Shown piece after piece: positions 27,001 to 41,751 of a stretch of DNA of 64,000 nucleotides; the first letter of the stretch is position 1; every line of letters begins with the position of its first letter. The DNA comes from Rotaria socialis. Its lineage: Eukaryota. The position numbers and the translations under genes were made by a program. The notes beneath the pieces were generated by a model. That model was not told the origin of the DNA and searched no databases. It worked only from the letters and a program-made list of their open reading frames with translations. The DNA lies in the NCBI GenBank assembly GCA_905331295.1, contig CAJNYD010000074.1, positions 248,001 through 312,000 of the forward strand, in the 5' to 3' direction.

Positions 27001-27729
27001 CTATAGATATGTGAATATTCGATAGAGCGCTTAATGATAGAAGAACAGTTTTCATAATATCTGTCATTTTCAATTTTCGAAATGTTTTGTAATCAATGTT
27101 CATCATTAAGAATTCACGAATATTTTAAACTATTCTGCATAAAATTAATCATTGTGAATGATTGATGAATCTCACTGAGATTCGGGAGAATAATAACAGT
27201 AATTCATTGAAAATGACATATTAGTGTTTGGTGTTTGTTCAAGTAATGAATGCAATGATGCTTGAAATTGGATAGAATATAAAGACAGCAATGGTATTGA
27301 ATCGTGCCGTTCTTGTAGAGAATACTGATTCAAACATAATTACTATGTCTGAACTGTACAAATAGTGGCTAATCAACTGATAGTATACATTTTTAATCAA
27401 GCAGAAAGAAAAGACGTTTAAACAGTTAGAAATCTTGTTTTTTTTTCTATTTTAGGTCTCAACGCAACGGTGATAATCACGAAGAATCACAGACAAATAA
27501 CATGGATGGAGTGTTTACATTGGAAGATCCAACTTCAACTCCTAATAATACTGAAGATAATCCTGATGATATTTTAAATGATGATGATCAAAGAAAACTG
27601 AACCATTCGGATAGTCTTTATTTATTACGAAAAAAAGCCCAGCACGAAGATAATGATACAAGCGATGATGAATCTGATTTATCGTCCTCGATCGATCAAC
27701 CGCAACAACAATTAACAGATGGTGTATAG
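24059..27729 (+). CDS. PPP1R37: Leucine-rich-repeat PP1 regulatory subunit 37-like; exons 24059-24785, 25570-26421, 26471-26669, 26726-26833, 27456-27729
   Basis: N-terminal RVxF motif (KRRVRFP), then YRAACQRVQIRP, DIIEYYESCTHLNLSNN and RI-type LRRs; acidic low-complexity tail; frame-consistent splice sites. Confidence 0.82.
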
Positions 27730-30700
27730 ATGATTATCTTCTAATTTAATTTTAATCCTTTCTTTTTAAATAATTTTTGAATGGTGCAATTCGTAGATCA
27801 GCAAACGAATATGTAGAATTTTCATTTTGGTGCTTATTCAAAAACACAAGAAAAAAGAGCATTCCATACAGTTCTGTCTGTCGACAAAGAAATATAATGA
27901 AAGTTAGGAAAAAAACAGTGGAATTTTTCCGTATTCATCCTTAATTTATTGTTTCTTTTTGCAATAATTCAGTCCATATTTATTTCTTGAGAAAGTGTTA
28001 TTGTGGTGCTCCGCATTACTCTTTCGCTTTAATATGTGATTTCGACCTTTCTTTTTTTCGTTTCTCTTTCATAATTATACATATATATATATATATACGT
28101 AAACTTAATTAATTGCCTTGCTTAAAAATTCTTGTTTTTAATCTTATTTCTTGGCTCGACCATTGTTACAATCTGTTTCGTAAAATCTCTCTTTTTCTCT
28201 ATTATATATAGAATTCATGTGTTAATAAGCGTCGATAGTGTTATTTTTCTTTTTCTTGTTGGATAATAAAAAAAAGTCTCATTTCGTTTTCTTTCTCCTG
28301 GTGTATAACGATGATTTTTCGATGTTTCTTCTTCTGCATTGTTTAGATCACGTTATGAATAAATGAGAAACATACTCGTATCTGTTATAGTTATATCGAT
28401 CTATAATATTTATTGCAAAATATAAAAATATGATTATGAGAACAATATGAATTTTTAAATCGATATAAATATTTTAGAAAAATGTTAAAATTAAGCGATT
28501 CAATTTATGGAAATAAATACTAAGTTGAATGCATCGCTCAATAGAAAATTAAGTATACTCATGGAATAGGTGTAACATAATGGTGTCAACCAGTTAATAT
28601 TTCCAATTGTTCTGCCTTTTATGAAAGTCCTATTGATGTTATTTAGATACGATTAAATACGAATGAAAACGTTTTAAAAGAAAAAACGACACAAGAAAAG
28701 TCCTGATGAGAGTATTCGTAAATATAGACGTAAGGCTAACGCATAGGGATATTGCCTGAATTAACTTTTCCCGAGCACTATCTAGTTCAATGAGAGTTAC
28801 TGGGACTCTCTTGCCAATTGACTAGAAAGGAAATAGTATCGACCTACGCAACAGATAGAAACAGCAAAAATACATTAGAAAAACGATAATAATGACAAAA
28901 TTTATTTGACTGCTGTTTAGGAATTAAAAACCTTAAATAAATCAACCAGCACGTCATTGATCATCAACTGATATTAGTGTTTTATTCTTTGTTTACCACT
29001 ATTTAGTCACCTTGATTCATGCTTGAATACATCGTAGTGTCGTAACGATTGTCCTTAAAAAGCAATCCTTCGATACAAGAATCTTCAATATGGGTACGAA
29101 TGAAAATATAGTTATGCCAGAATCGCCGGCTTAATCATTTGACATTGTCAAATAAGTAACTGTTTACATTCATTTTTCTATCGGATCCATTTTTTGCCAA
29201 GGACATTTTTTGTTTATCATTAATGACTATACAAAGAAACTTGGTAAAAGGTTAACAGTATAAAAAATCAACGAATTCAAATTGCAGATTGTGATTCTCA
29301 TTATTCAACAATTTACATTTTATGACAAACACTTATATATCCAGTCATAATGAGGGTTAATTCGCAATTTATCAGCTCCCTATTTTCTATTGATAATTAT
29401 TAATCGTCAAATACACTTTCGTAGTGATGATTGACATTAATCAAATACTATTATCCAGACATAAGTATGCAAACAAAAGCAAAAAACGTAACATTATTGT
29501 TGTTTCTTTTGCTTATTACATATCATGCTGAGGCATCATCTATCTACAATTGTCTTAAATCGTGAAAAATATATTAAAAATCATGTATTTTTTCATCTAT
29601 TTTCATTGTTGCCCTGTTTTTTTTCTTTGTCAACCCATAAAAATAATTCTGTTTCTATTTGAGAAAGAAATATTTATCAGATGATTATAAATATGCTATT
29701 TCAAGTAATCTAGAGCATTATTAACAATCAAATAAATATTTGATCGCTCGGCTTCATTTGTTCTGAACTTGAAAGTATTGTTCATGACATAGAAATAAAA
29801 GTGGTTTATCATAGATCATCTGCTGACTTAAATGAAATATATGACTTGCCCAAAATCCGTGGTGCCATCAAACTTTAATTCAGTTTATCAAACATTGATA
29901 ATTTGCAAAAAAATATAAATTCTCTTTTTCAAAAGGACTTCATTGGCTTCTTTTCCCCCGGATCTATACAACGACAATTAGCATTATCAGAATGATAAAA
30001 TGATTTCTACTTTGTATATTATACAAAACCATGAATAAATATTTTAACTACTAAAATTATTTTCTTAGAATAAACTTGTCTATTCAAAAGTGAATATTTT
30101 TTGTAACGATATAACTCCATTATATTCTACGGATTCATAAAATCAACAGGAAAAATTTCTAAACACAATATATATTTTCTTCCATAAAAATCTGAAATGC
30201 TGTTTCAAAGTTAACTGAATGTGATATTTTACTTATTTTATCCGAATAGCAAAAGAAACTCTAAAGAGTAACTTGAATAAATTAATTCCATTAGATGTTA
30301 TAAATAGTTTTATTCGGAAAATATTTTTCAGAAACTATTAATATCGATATATAAATAAATCATTCCAGTCATTAATTATTTACTTAATTTGATTTAGAAA
30401 AATGGAAAAAATATTTTTTCCTGAAAAAGAAAAAGCAAACGATATAAGTACATCAACAAATACTTAAATTGTTGTTGCTGTTTTTGCTTTTATACTTTTG
30501 TAAGTACTTACAATATATCAAGAAATATTATGACAAAAACAATAATCAGCCAAAATATTATGTGCTTAATTTTCTTTTTCCTTGGATTCAAGGACACAAA
30601 AATACGTCCGTATGTCACAATAATCATGACAACAATAACAAAATAATGACGTGATTTTTTTTCTCTTATTTTCTGGCATGAGAGAAAAAGTGCGTAACAA

Positions 30701-31087
30701 GTCATGGTTCACATCGACAAAAACATATGCTTATCGAGTCGTCAAACACACACACACAAACAATGCACATTTTATTCTTTTGTTTTTTCTGGTTCACATA
30801 CAATAATTATTTGTTCGCGTTCGATATACACATTAATGAATTATTAACGAGACTAAAAATTTTCACAAACTGTTCTACACAACACGCACACACATAAACA
30901 TAAACACAAATAGATACAAATATTTTGCTTTCTCTTTTAAAACAAATATAATCAGGACTGTTTATTTGCTTTTTAGCGATACTTGAAGCATCGAATAATT
31001 CAAGTCAGAAAACTGTCTGACGATATTTCACTGCCGCATAGGAGAAATAAGTCGTACATTAATTGACATGAAATAAATATAAACTAT

Positions 31088-33605
31088 TTAAATATCCATC
31101 GAATTCGATGACTGTAAAAGTCTCTGAAGGTGTATATGAATAGGTGTACTTTGATGCATTGAACCAGCACAGAATAATCTTTCGAATATGTCTTCTTTAA
31201 CTTGATATATATTACATAGAAAGAACACGACTTTTGAATATTTAACACGCGTTGAACACCATTTCATTAGTTTCGTTTGCGTTTGACATTCAGCTTTTTC
31301 AAATAAACTTCCAGATAAGTTATTAAATAATGTTTTACCCTCTTTATAAATAATCATTTCACGTATAAGATTAAAGCCAATTTCATCAATTTCTAATGTT
31401 TTACCACGATTTATTAATGATTCAATTTGTTTAACATCATTTTCCGTTGGATGTATAATAGTTGTTGACGGTGACGTTGATAGCGATGATAGTAAATCAT
31501 TTGTTATTTGTAAATCTTTTGTAACGTAAATTTCGAAACTATTTTCAATCATACTTGTTAGTAATAGACGATGCCATACACGTGAAAAAATTAAATATTT
31601 ATCTTTATCATTTTCAAGTGTATCTTGTATAACAGAAAGAGATAGTGCAAAGTTAACATTACGTTCAAGCCAATCATTGATACGTGCACCAATAACAGGC
31701 ATTAATTTTTTTGGTATACAAACAAAATCATTATTTGGATCAATGGTAATTGATTTCGGTGGACTTAAACAATGCGGTGAACTTGGTGGTGACGCTGATG
31801 ATGATGAAGATGAATAACGATAATTCGATTGAATAGGACCTTGAGAAAAAAATACAAATGGGAAATCTACTTGATAAAATTCATAATATAAAGCATACTA
31901 TTATCTATTGTTCGATTTGTTCCATTATTCTTACGTAAATCAATGGGTACAGGTTTAAGTAATTTTTGTTGTTGATGTTGTCCTAATAGACGGCTACTTT
32001 CAAGTAATGTTTGATAGGTTTCTCGACGATACGGTTGATCATTTAAAGATGAATTTGATTGAATATGATTATTATTGTTATCGCTTTCTGGTTGTTGTTG
32101 TGGTTTTCGACGTTCACGAAATTTTTCTGCTGATGATGATGATGATTTATGTCCATTTGTATTGGAATTATTAACTGACGCAGCTGCAGCTACAGCAGCC
32201 GCAGCAGCAGCCATCATAGGTGATGTTAATGGTAGATAACCTGATGCTGCATGTAAAAGTGCAGCTGGATAATTAACACGAAACTGTTGTGTGAGCGTAT
32301 GCATAAGAGCATATTGAGCATAACCAATAGCAAGTGCTTCTTGCTGGCTATATGGAATGTTATTGTTTGTTGCTGGTGTTGGCATAGAAAAACCTGATGT
32401 AACCGTTGCTTCACTTGAGAATTTTTTATCTTTATCGAGTTCATCATAGAAATGAGCAAGTGATTTACGTTTTCGACTACCATTTGAAATTTGTGGTTGG
32501 TGGTTTGTCTCGTTTTGATTTGTTCGAAATACCTAAAAGTGTAGTTTTTGTTTTATAGACAAGAATAACCATACTTATTGTAAATCTGAGAAGACAGATG
32601 CACGGAAATGACTTTATTTTTAAAGTGATTTCGCCTTTTTTTAAATAAATACTTACATGGACAATATTATTATCTGACAATGGACTTGATGATGAAACAC
32701 CAGAATCCGATGCGCATGATTTCACTGAAGCTGATCGAACAATTTTCGGTGCCATATCATCAAGTGATGGAGATGTTGACGACATGATTGTGCTTGCCAT
32801 CGTTGTGTTCATAGTCGCCAATAAAGGACAGGATGAAGATGGAGCAAGTAAACAAGATGTTGGCGAAGGAAACGAACGATTCATAGACATGCATTTTTCT
32901 GATGGTGAAATAGAAGATATCGAAGGAGATGTTCTTTGTGTCATATCAGTCATTGGATAAGATCGACAACGAGGTGGCGAATAGTTTGTTGGAATTCGAA
33001 CATCATGATTTGGTGAATGACGTAGACTATTATTATTCTTATTATTAAATGCAGGAGCAGCAGGTGAAACAGGTAGTGATGCGGAATATTTCATATCAAC
33101 AAGAGTATCTGTTGTATTTGTACTTGTTGGAGAATTCAAAGCTGCAAGATTTGTTAATGTACCAGATGGTGAGTTTTCACGTGGCGATTGTAATGTACCA
33201 TTGAGTAGAGCCGGTAAAATATTTGTCAGTGTACTTGTAGCTGTTCGATGAGACGATGATAGAGACGACGATGAAATATTTCCTTTGCGTAAAAATGGTG
33301 GAACATTCAATGACGATGAATTCGGTGAGGATGTCGCAGAATTAGAAGATGATTGAAGCATTTGAGTAAGAAATGCATTCTCAGTTGAAGAACTTACATT
33401 ATCCTTTCCTTAAATTTAGAATAAAAAGAAAATTATAAAAACAAGAATTCGTATACTATATTTCATAAATAAAACAGTGCGATGACTCACCATTAGTGTA
33501 ATGATTTAGCTGGAGTTGTTTGCGTTTTTCGCGAACACTCTTACAGAATGCAATGCGATCCAATGTATTGCTTGAATGTGGCGGTGCAGCAGTGGCAGGA
33601 ATCAT
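31088..33605 (-). CDS. ~750-aa protein with a C-terminal nuclear-receptor-like ligand-binding domain (NR2/NR0-type) and no zinc-finger DBD; exons 33605-33491, 33408-32657, 32532-31899, 31839-31088
   Basis: Frame-consistent GT-AG splicing and an in-frame TAA just upstream of ATG 33605. By eye the C-terminus follows COUP-TF/TLX LBD helices (DKYLIFSRVWHRLLL; LEIDEIGFNLIREMIIY; FERLF...TPIHIHLQRLL). The N-terminus is Ser/Pro/Ala-rich. Confidence 0.7.
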
Positions 33606-36600
33606 GGATGGCAAGTGAACTTATTCAGTAGTGTACGTAAAATGTATGACCTTATTGGTCTAGAATAACAAAACAAAAAGAAATGAGATTGTGTTATATA
33701 ATCCATTATAAACGACAACGATGTAGTTGTCTTCTTTGGCGTCTAGTTCATCTGATCTGTATTGTACACACACACGGCAATGACGATCGTATTGTTCACG
33801 TTTCAGTTTTTTTCTTCTTTTGTTTTTTATTTGTGATGCTTTAATTTCTGTCTAGCCGTTATCGCTACGTAATCACAGATATGAATGTAAGAAACTATTA
33901 CAGTCAAAAAGAGAACACTTAACGAGTAAGGTAAATACCATGCTTGCGACATAATTTAATACAAGTACTAAAAAAAGTAGAAGTTTTATGAACTTATTTT
34001 TATATCAGTAGATACTATCTCGTTGATGATATCGATACTTTATAACTAACTAAGATGTGTTGTCCTCAAAAAACTAATAAACTCGGTAAACTCTTTGAGA
34101 AAGAGGAACACAAGCAATAACATTCATAAACACGAGAAACGAGGAGTCTTGATTGTGTTATCCTGGGAAAAAAACGAGTGCAAACTCAAAACAAAACAAA
34201 GCTCATCATTATTATCATGATAATTATCAAACGGGAACCCTTTCTACACTCCGTGTTGCTTTTCTATTTATTTTGAATCAACTTTCTCTCTATCTCTCTC
34301 TCTCTGTCATTTTTTTCTTCTCCACTTTTTTTCTTGTTTTCAAGGACGCGATGTAAGCGTATATTGTTGGCTAGGGATGAAAAGCGAAGACGACCTTGAA
34401 CTATATGTCAAAGAGCTGCCCTCGTGCTTGCGATAACGCGCAAGACACTACTAGTAGTGATGATGATGTTGTTGTTGTTTTTGCGAGTCATCACAGACAT
34501 GCATACGGTCGGCGGGGCACAGTAGTCGACTTGGAGAAAGAAAAATACGAACGCGCAAAAACCCATTCCTACTCTTGTTCTATTCTTGTTTTGTCTTCCG
34601 ATGAGAAGAAATAAAAACAGAAATCTGCCGTGTTCCATTAATTCATCGACAAAAGAAAGCAAAAAAAAGTATAGAAATTGCTTTTAGAAATACAAGGTGT
34701 GACTCAGCTGCTTCTAGTTTAATCCTTAACCTCTGAATAATTAGTGTTGTGACGATAATGTTTTCGTGTTTTCGCTCTACTTGAATCGGTGCTCTCTGTT
34801 ATGTATTCTTTCTTTCTTTCTTCTCATCTTCTCTTGTTTTCAGCAAAACAAAAAAACAAAGCAGCAAAAAACTATGTAATCTATTCTTACTACAAAGCAA
34901 AACCATAAGAAACGCCTATGAATTACTGATATAATGGTAAATTAGGAATGTTAAAAGACAACAAAAACAAAGCAAGACATTTTCATATCTTAACGCACCG
35001 TGATATAATCAAAATGTCATATAAGGGAAAAAAAACCTCTGCTTATCTTGGATAATAAGTTTGAATGAAAAATTAAAAAAGAAGAACTCGATTCATACAT
35101 AGTAGATGGAGGTCAAGGCTCAACAATGAGTATATATATACACGTATGTGTGTTCGCTTCTTTAAAATTATTGAATTTCATCATTTTACTACACTTACTT
35201 TTACTCTTTCGCTCTAAAATCAATCGAATATCATCGATTACGACAGGCGCGAGGCGAGGGACACGACACGCATCGAACAAAGATAGTATAGAGAAAATTT
35301 TACTCATCTTTGCCTCGCTCTCAATCATTCAATGTCATTTTATGTGTATTACCTGACTGAGTGCTTGTTTCGGACCAGTATCTTACCTAATGCACACACA
35401 CACACACATTCATACACACGGTCAGTACGATCATTCAAGGAAGACTCGTGTAGAAGAAGGTAGAATGTAAGAGAAAAAACGAGCAGAATATTACATTACG
35501 CAACTCCTCATCACCGCATGACAATGACGCCGCCGTATATCCGATGTAAGCTACTACCATCATCATTATCAACATTGAAAGAAGGGTGAACTCGAGGCTG
35601 GCCTGTCGTCGGCGCTGACCTACAACAATCATAGCACCTGCTCATATATGCCTTTATTTTGAACAGAATATAATGGATTGAAAGCAAATGTGCTTTGTGT
35701 GTATACATATATATTTGTATGCAATGCATGCAACTGGCAGAAAGAGAAAAAACACCAAGGTGAATGAATAATTCAAAGAGCACTGACCCAGACAAAAGCT
35801 CCAGACATATACACTCAGCAGCAATAGATGTGTTCAAATAAAACAGTAATTATGACTTGTACTGTACTGTTCAATCGGTCGAATTGACTAGCTAGCCAGT
35901 CGTCACTCGCTTGTTCACTCTCTTTCTTTCCTCTCGCTTCGTCGTAGTGGAAGACAACCAGACGATTACAGCACATACATACAAAACGTCTAGCCTCTGG
36001 ATATAAATAGTTGAACAGACAAACGCGGAAAAGACGGACAGATAGACATGAAAATAGAAAACGCTATTGATTAGGGAATATGCATACGTTTTGACATTAT
36101 CGTCTGTCGATTTTTCTATATTTCTCTTTGATTAAATACAAAAAGAAATAAATAAGTGACAATAATAAGAGTATTTATACGCATAGATTTGGAAAGAGTA
36201 CGCTCCGTATGAAGGGTCTTTTGTATTACTCGGACATCTTGGTACTGCAAAAAAATATTAATAATAGCATAAAAAATAAAGAATTGAATTGATTCTTCAT
36301 GCATAACTTAATTTACAATTAAATAGTTAGATTTTACACTTTCTAATCTATGCCGAGTCTCAATTATAAAAAAAACCTCCGAATAATTGAGCAAAAAAAA
36401 GCCTCTCAATATTGACGTAATACAAAATAGTAGGGTTCATGCAGAACAATAATCTTCACTAGACAGTTTTGATCAACTCACCTATATGTACATGTATATA
36501 AATATTGTTGACGAGCTGTTGGATTACCGCCAAATGTTGGATGAAAGAGATTTGAGAAAACTAATAGTTTTTGCTATTTGCTCTACGAGAATGAGGAAAG

Positions 36601-37065
36601 ACACGCGTCTGATCAAAATACTATCGAGAGTGTGATTGCGTAGTCGTTGTCGTCTGTTGATTGACCATCAAATAACAACTGAACGTTTTTTCTCTCTCTC
36701 TCTCCTTCTGTCCCTCTTTTCTTTTCTTCAGATACTGTTCTCTCTTATTCTTTTTTTCCTATCGTGCTTGTCGTTGAACATATAAAACCATACATGAGCT
36801 GAGGAGAAGAAGAACGAGAAAGCGGTCGTCATCGTTCAAGGCCAGCTAATGGACTCTGTCCGCATACACATATATGCATACTTAGAAGAGAAAAGAAAAC
36901 GATGACGTATGAAAAAATAGTTGGTTGCCGCACTCTTGTTCTTCTTTGTGCTTTCAACGAACGTCGAGTGAGAGACGTAATCTTATTCAAGCATATAATG
37001 CGAAACCACTTGACCAACCGAATGCTCGAATTCGTTCTCTTGTTTGCTCGCCTTTCACTTAGGCC

Positions 37066-37101
37066 AGACAGTCAGTCAGTCAGTCAGTCAGACAGACAGA
37101 T

Positions 37102-37132
<31 letters not shown>

Positions 37133-37158
37133 CACAGACAGACATACAGGCAGAGACA
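37066..37158. repeat. Compound microsatellite (CAGT)n-(CAGA)n-(GA)n
   Basis: cagtcagtcagtcagtcagtcagacagacagatagacagagagagag... Confidence 0.9.
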
Positions 37159-40100
37159 TAATCACTAATTCAATTTGCTGCCGACGCGGTCACAGAGACG
37201 CGTCATCATCGTCTCCGGTTCTCGCTCTTTTTCACACATATACAGCGCCTATAGACATTGACCAGCTGTTATAGCACGTAGCATATATCATCTTCAAACA
37301 ATTTATAAGAAAATAAATTCTCTCATTTATTATTGTATCTGACCGGACCTTGCCCTTTTATTTGTTAGTCTGTCTGTATCAAACATAAATAAGAATACTC
37401 AACATCGGATATCATAGGGTCTTGAATGGCTGCATATATATATTGTTGTTTTGAATGAAGCGATTTGTTCATACAATAATACTGACGTGTCCAGTAATGT
37501 AACCTTTTTATCATGACAGACAAAGATTACATTCATTGTCCGGTAAAATGTTATCGCATACGACGTTTGTACGATTTCTAACACATTCAGTTTTTTTCCT
37601 CTTAGTCTTTCATCATCGAACAATGATCAATAGTAAGCAGACCGATAGACAAATGTAAAAACATATAAAGAAAAAGTATGCAATGTATTGATTAATCAGT
37701 TGGATTGTGCACATCTAAATACAACAAGACATCCAAGCATCTAGATTACGCGATGATGATGATAATGATGAGATAGTCTAATGCAATAGATCTCGTTAGT
37801 TTATGTCTATATGTCTGCTTAATCATCAAAACGATAAGAATACATTTGAACAAATGAATGATGAGAAATGAAAGGAAAATATCAAGATGAATACTTCTAG
37901 ATGTATATTACTTGTTCAAAGCATAAAGACCGTTTTTTTGTACAATTGATCAATCATTATTATTCATTCGGACAACGATTATATGTAGATTTTGATTCTT
38001 CGATTGTCTTACACATATAGCGATTGTCATTTATTTGATAACTATTATCGAAGTGAAGTGTATCGGAGTACATAATTTCATCAGTAATCATCCGTCTATG
38101 GCAGCAAATGTAATATCAAACATTTGTATCTGTTCTTTTAATCAATCAACAGTTTAAACATATGATTTGTAGATTTGTAAGTGTCATTCTCGATTGTAAA
38201 ACAAAATATTTTGACCTCGGAAAATAAGATGCATCAAACTGGTTGTTGATAATATCATTTTTAGTAAATTCATTTGATTAAGTTGCATCAGTCTTTAACG
38301 ACTAATTAATATCAGACTTCATATACATGTGTACCAAATCATTTCTGATCATGCAATCAGAATAAATATACTTCTATTCAGAGAATATTTCTACAATTCT
38401 TCAATAAACCGACTCCCGCTTTCTACTATTAAAAAAAAGAATATCTATTAAATATCTTTCAATTTAAGCAGACATTAATTATTGAGTTTAAAAAAGCAAG
38501 TATGTATAATTGTCTCATGAATCGACGGCCAGTGTTAGAGATTATGCATTGATGAATAGGAGGAAAAAGAAATCTCTCCCTCTATATATATATATATATA
38601 TGATGACCGATAAACAATCAGCATTTGAATTATTAATTGCAAAATATCCATTGTAATACATGTATGATCTTGTTAATTTTACATTCATACACAATTCTTT
38701 ATTGCATCAATGTCTCATGACCTATATACAATTTGAACAATAGTAAAAGAACAGATGTGTCACATATGCCATTGAGTAGACACAGACAGACAGACGTTAT
38801 TTTCCTTCTCGATTGACCGAGCAATCATCGGCGTCTAATGCACATTGTTACAATATCGTTCTCTTGTTTTCTTTAGCTATTGACAGCATAAAGATCGAGA
38901 AACTCAATGAAAATGTAAGAACTTTTATATCAACAATTATAATGACTACAATTTTCATTTTATATTACTTTCACGAGTTCAATATATATATGCGTATGAT
39001 AATGATATTCGTTGTGTTACGGACGTATCAACGATTAATACTATCGTATCAGTGTAATTTCTAACATCATACTGTCAAGATCATTAGAGTAGAGATTTAA
39101 ATTTGAACAAATATATAGAGAATAATTGAAAATGATGGTTTTTTCATTTCGAATGAAAGAAAAGGTGAATTTGCAAAAAAAAAGAAAACAGAACTATCAT
39201 AATCATTCATTTGATGCTGACAACTTATATACGTAGAGTAAGGTACTTGTCTCATTCAAGACCAATAATAAAGATAAGAGCGTGAAATAACTTATAAAGA
39301 GGTATGCCCCAGACGTCACTTCAACGAAAAATATTTCGAATTTTCAACGATAGCGGAGTGAGATCGAAGTTTCTATTGCTATGAAAAAAATTTGAAAGAA
39401 ATATTTAATTTTAATTAAGACTACGATTTTTTAAATAGTATATTTAATATTGACGAAAAAATTTCCATGTAGAAATGATTCATATCCAGACATTTTGACA
39501 TTGTAAAAGCATATTTTTCCGAGTAAGAAGTTTTATGTCAGAATTCAATAATAATTAGCAATGTTATTCGAAATATTACAACCAGACTTCTGTGAATCAT
39601 CAGATCACAATCGATCTTTTGAAGTTTTCAAAATAAATTTATGATTTCTCTGAAAATTCTGATCGTTTTTGAATTATTTTCGGGTAAAGTTTAGAAAAAA
39701 AAACCATCTAAAACATTTACTCTTTTTATTAATTGAATCTTATTGTTTTACTATAAATTTTTCCATTTGAAAATTAACTTTATATTGATGATTATCTAAA
39801 ATAAAATAAATAATTATAAATACTGAATAGAATTTTTTTTTGTTCCTTCAATCGAAAATATCGGTTCTTTTTATTATTTAATTTGAAATTAAAACATACA
39901 ACACTCATTTAGCCGATCAAGAATCACTGGTTCCCTTAAAATATTACTTAAAAAAATAGTCGAAATAGTTTTTCGAAATTTAAAACAAGTTTTCTTGTTT
40001 ACTCAATAGCAATATTTCTTATAATTCATAACGATGTTTTCTAATTGATTCGATCATCAATATCTATTCTTGCACAAAAATAGCTACTCTCTATGTAAAA

Positions 40101-41751
40101 TTACTATTCTTAATGATATTGATCGATATTTTGGCTATAAAGGTGCAACAGTAGCCAGTGATTACAAATAAAAACACTCCAGTCATCGGGTTATGTACAC
40201 GAAAGGCGTGGTTCCCTAGTTGAATTTCTCTTGCGAAAAAAGGTGTCTAGTTAAAATACGTATTGAAACCGTGACGTCTCTCATTTTGACATCAAACAAG
40301 CTACCATTTGTTTCTTTCTAGCATTGAAGGTACTTTTGTATATTTACTAAATGATCATCAGAGTCTGTTATATGTGGTAAAACATATTTTTTAAATATAA
40401 AAACAACAATATCAACTATCTCAAAATAATTTCTAATGAGATTTGAATTAGACTACAGCACAACTATAGGATTTCAAGTCAATGATTCGAACAAAAATAT
40501 TCTACACTAATCTGAAAATTATATTTGATATTTAGATTAATCATCTAGCATTGATTGGCAAATATATTACCTTTCAAAAAACAAAAAACAAGCATTTGAT
40601 CAAGGCATCTCGGTAATTTTCGTAGCTTATTCAGCATTCATCGATGAGATAAAAATTAGTGAGATGAACACTTCTCCTCTTTCCCACCCATTCAGAAAAG
40701 CAATCGAAGTTTGAGAGCATTGGATCGTAATGAGAACGTTTCTTTTTAAATCTTTTTCAATATAACTTCAGAAATTTTGTAAGACTTATCGATGACGTGC
40801 TATGGAGTCATGTTTGGGACTAAATTCAAAAAGTAAAATAAAGTGCAAAATAACCATTTTAGCGTGGTTCAAATACATAGACAAAAATTGAGCAGCTCAA
40901 CAACAAAATTATAAAATACATACAGCAATATCTAGAACAATTTTTTAAGGGCTCTTGTCCTAGAGGTATTACATAGAGTTCTACCTCGAGGATCTTACTA
41001 TAGAAATAAATCACTTGTAGAAAATATATACTAATGAATGTCATTTGTTGAGAAAATTATACGTTCTATGGTTATTGTTGCAGCCAAACGAAGATAAATA
41101 AGACTTGTACTAAATGCCCGTCTCATTATCAAAAAACTCAAATACTAAAAGGAACATCCTCTTGGAAAAAATCGAGTACAATCATATCATTTGTCTATGA
41201 ATCTGTCAATGAGATTGTATTGATTTAAATCCTATGCTCATATTTCTTGGCATGCCATTTACAATTTCTAAAATATAAGTCTAATTCAGAAGGAAATCGA
41301 AATTCTGCTGTTGACTCAATATTTCATACCTTATGTTACCCATGTTAACGAATCGAAAATAATCAAAAAGCTTTTTTTTTATATTAACATGTTTGGCCTA
41401 TGCATTTATATTTCAAAATGTTGATGTCGTTATCATTAATATCTATATTTTTCGTCGTGTACTGCATTCAATATTAATAGTATCTCTAAATAACGACCTT
41501 CATTCACCTGTCAGTTTGTCATGTCTTTTCCTTTCCTTATTGATAGTTTTTTATCGAGTATATGCTTCGATAATTATACTTAGTCGATTGGTAAAATTAT
41601 GTTCGTAAAACAAATGAAGTAAAAATACGAAGTATTTAGTTTGCAAGTAACATGCATAATTATAACGAATAGCGTACTTAGATTTTCAATTTATTGAAGT
41701 TTATTATTGTATAAATTATTTTTTTCCCCTTTTAAGATTGATACGTACAAA

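Noticed and set aside
34700..34708. TGACTCAGC (ARE/MARE-like) site upstream of the NR-like gene
   Set aside because: A single short motif could easily occur by chance in 64 kb and has no supporting evidence
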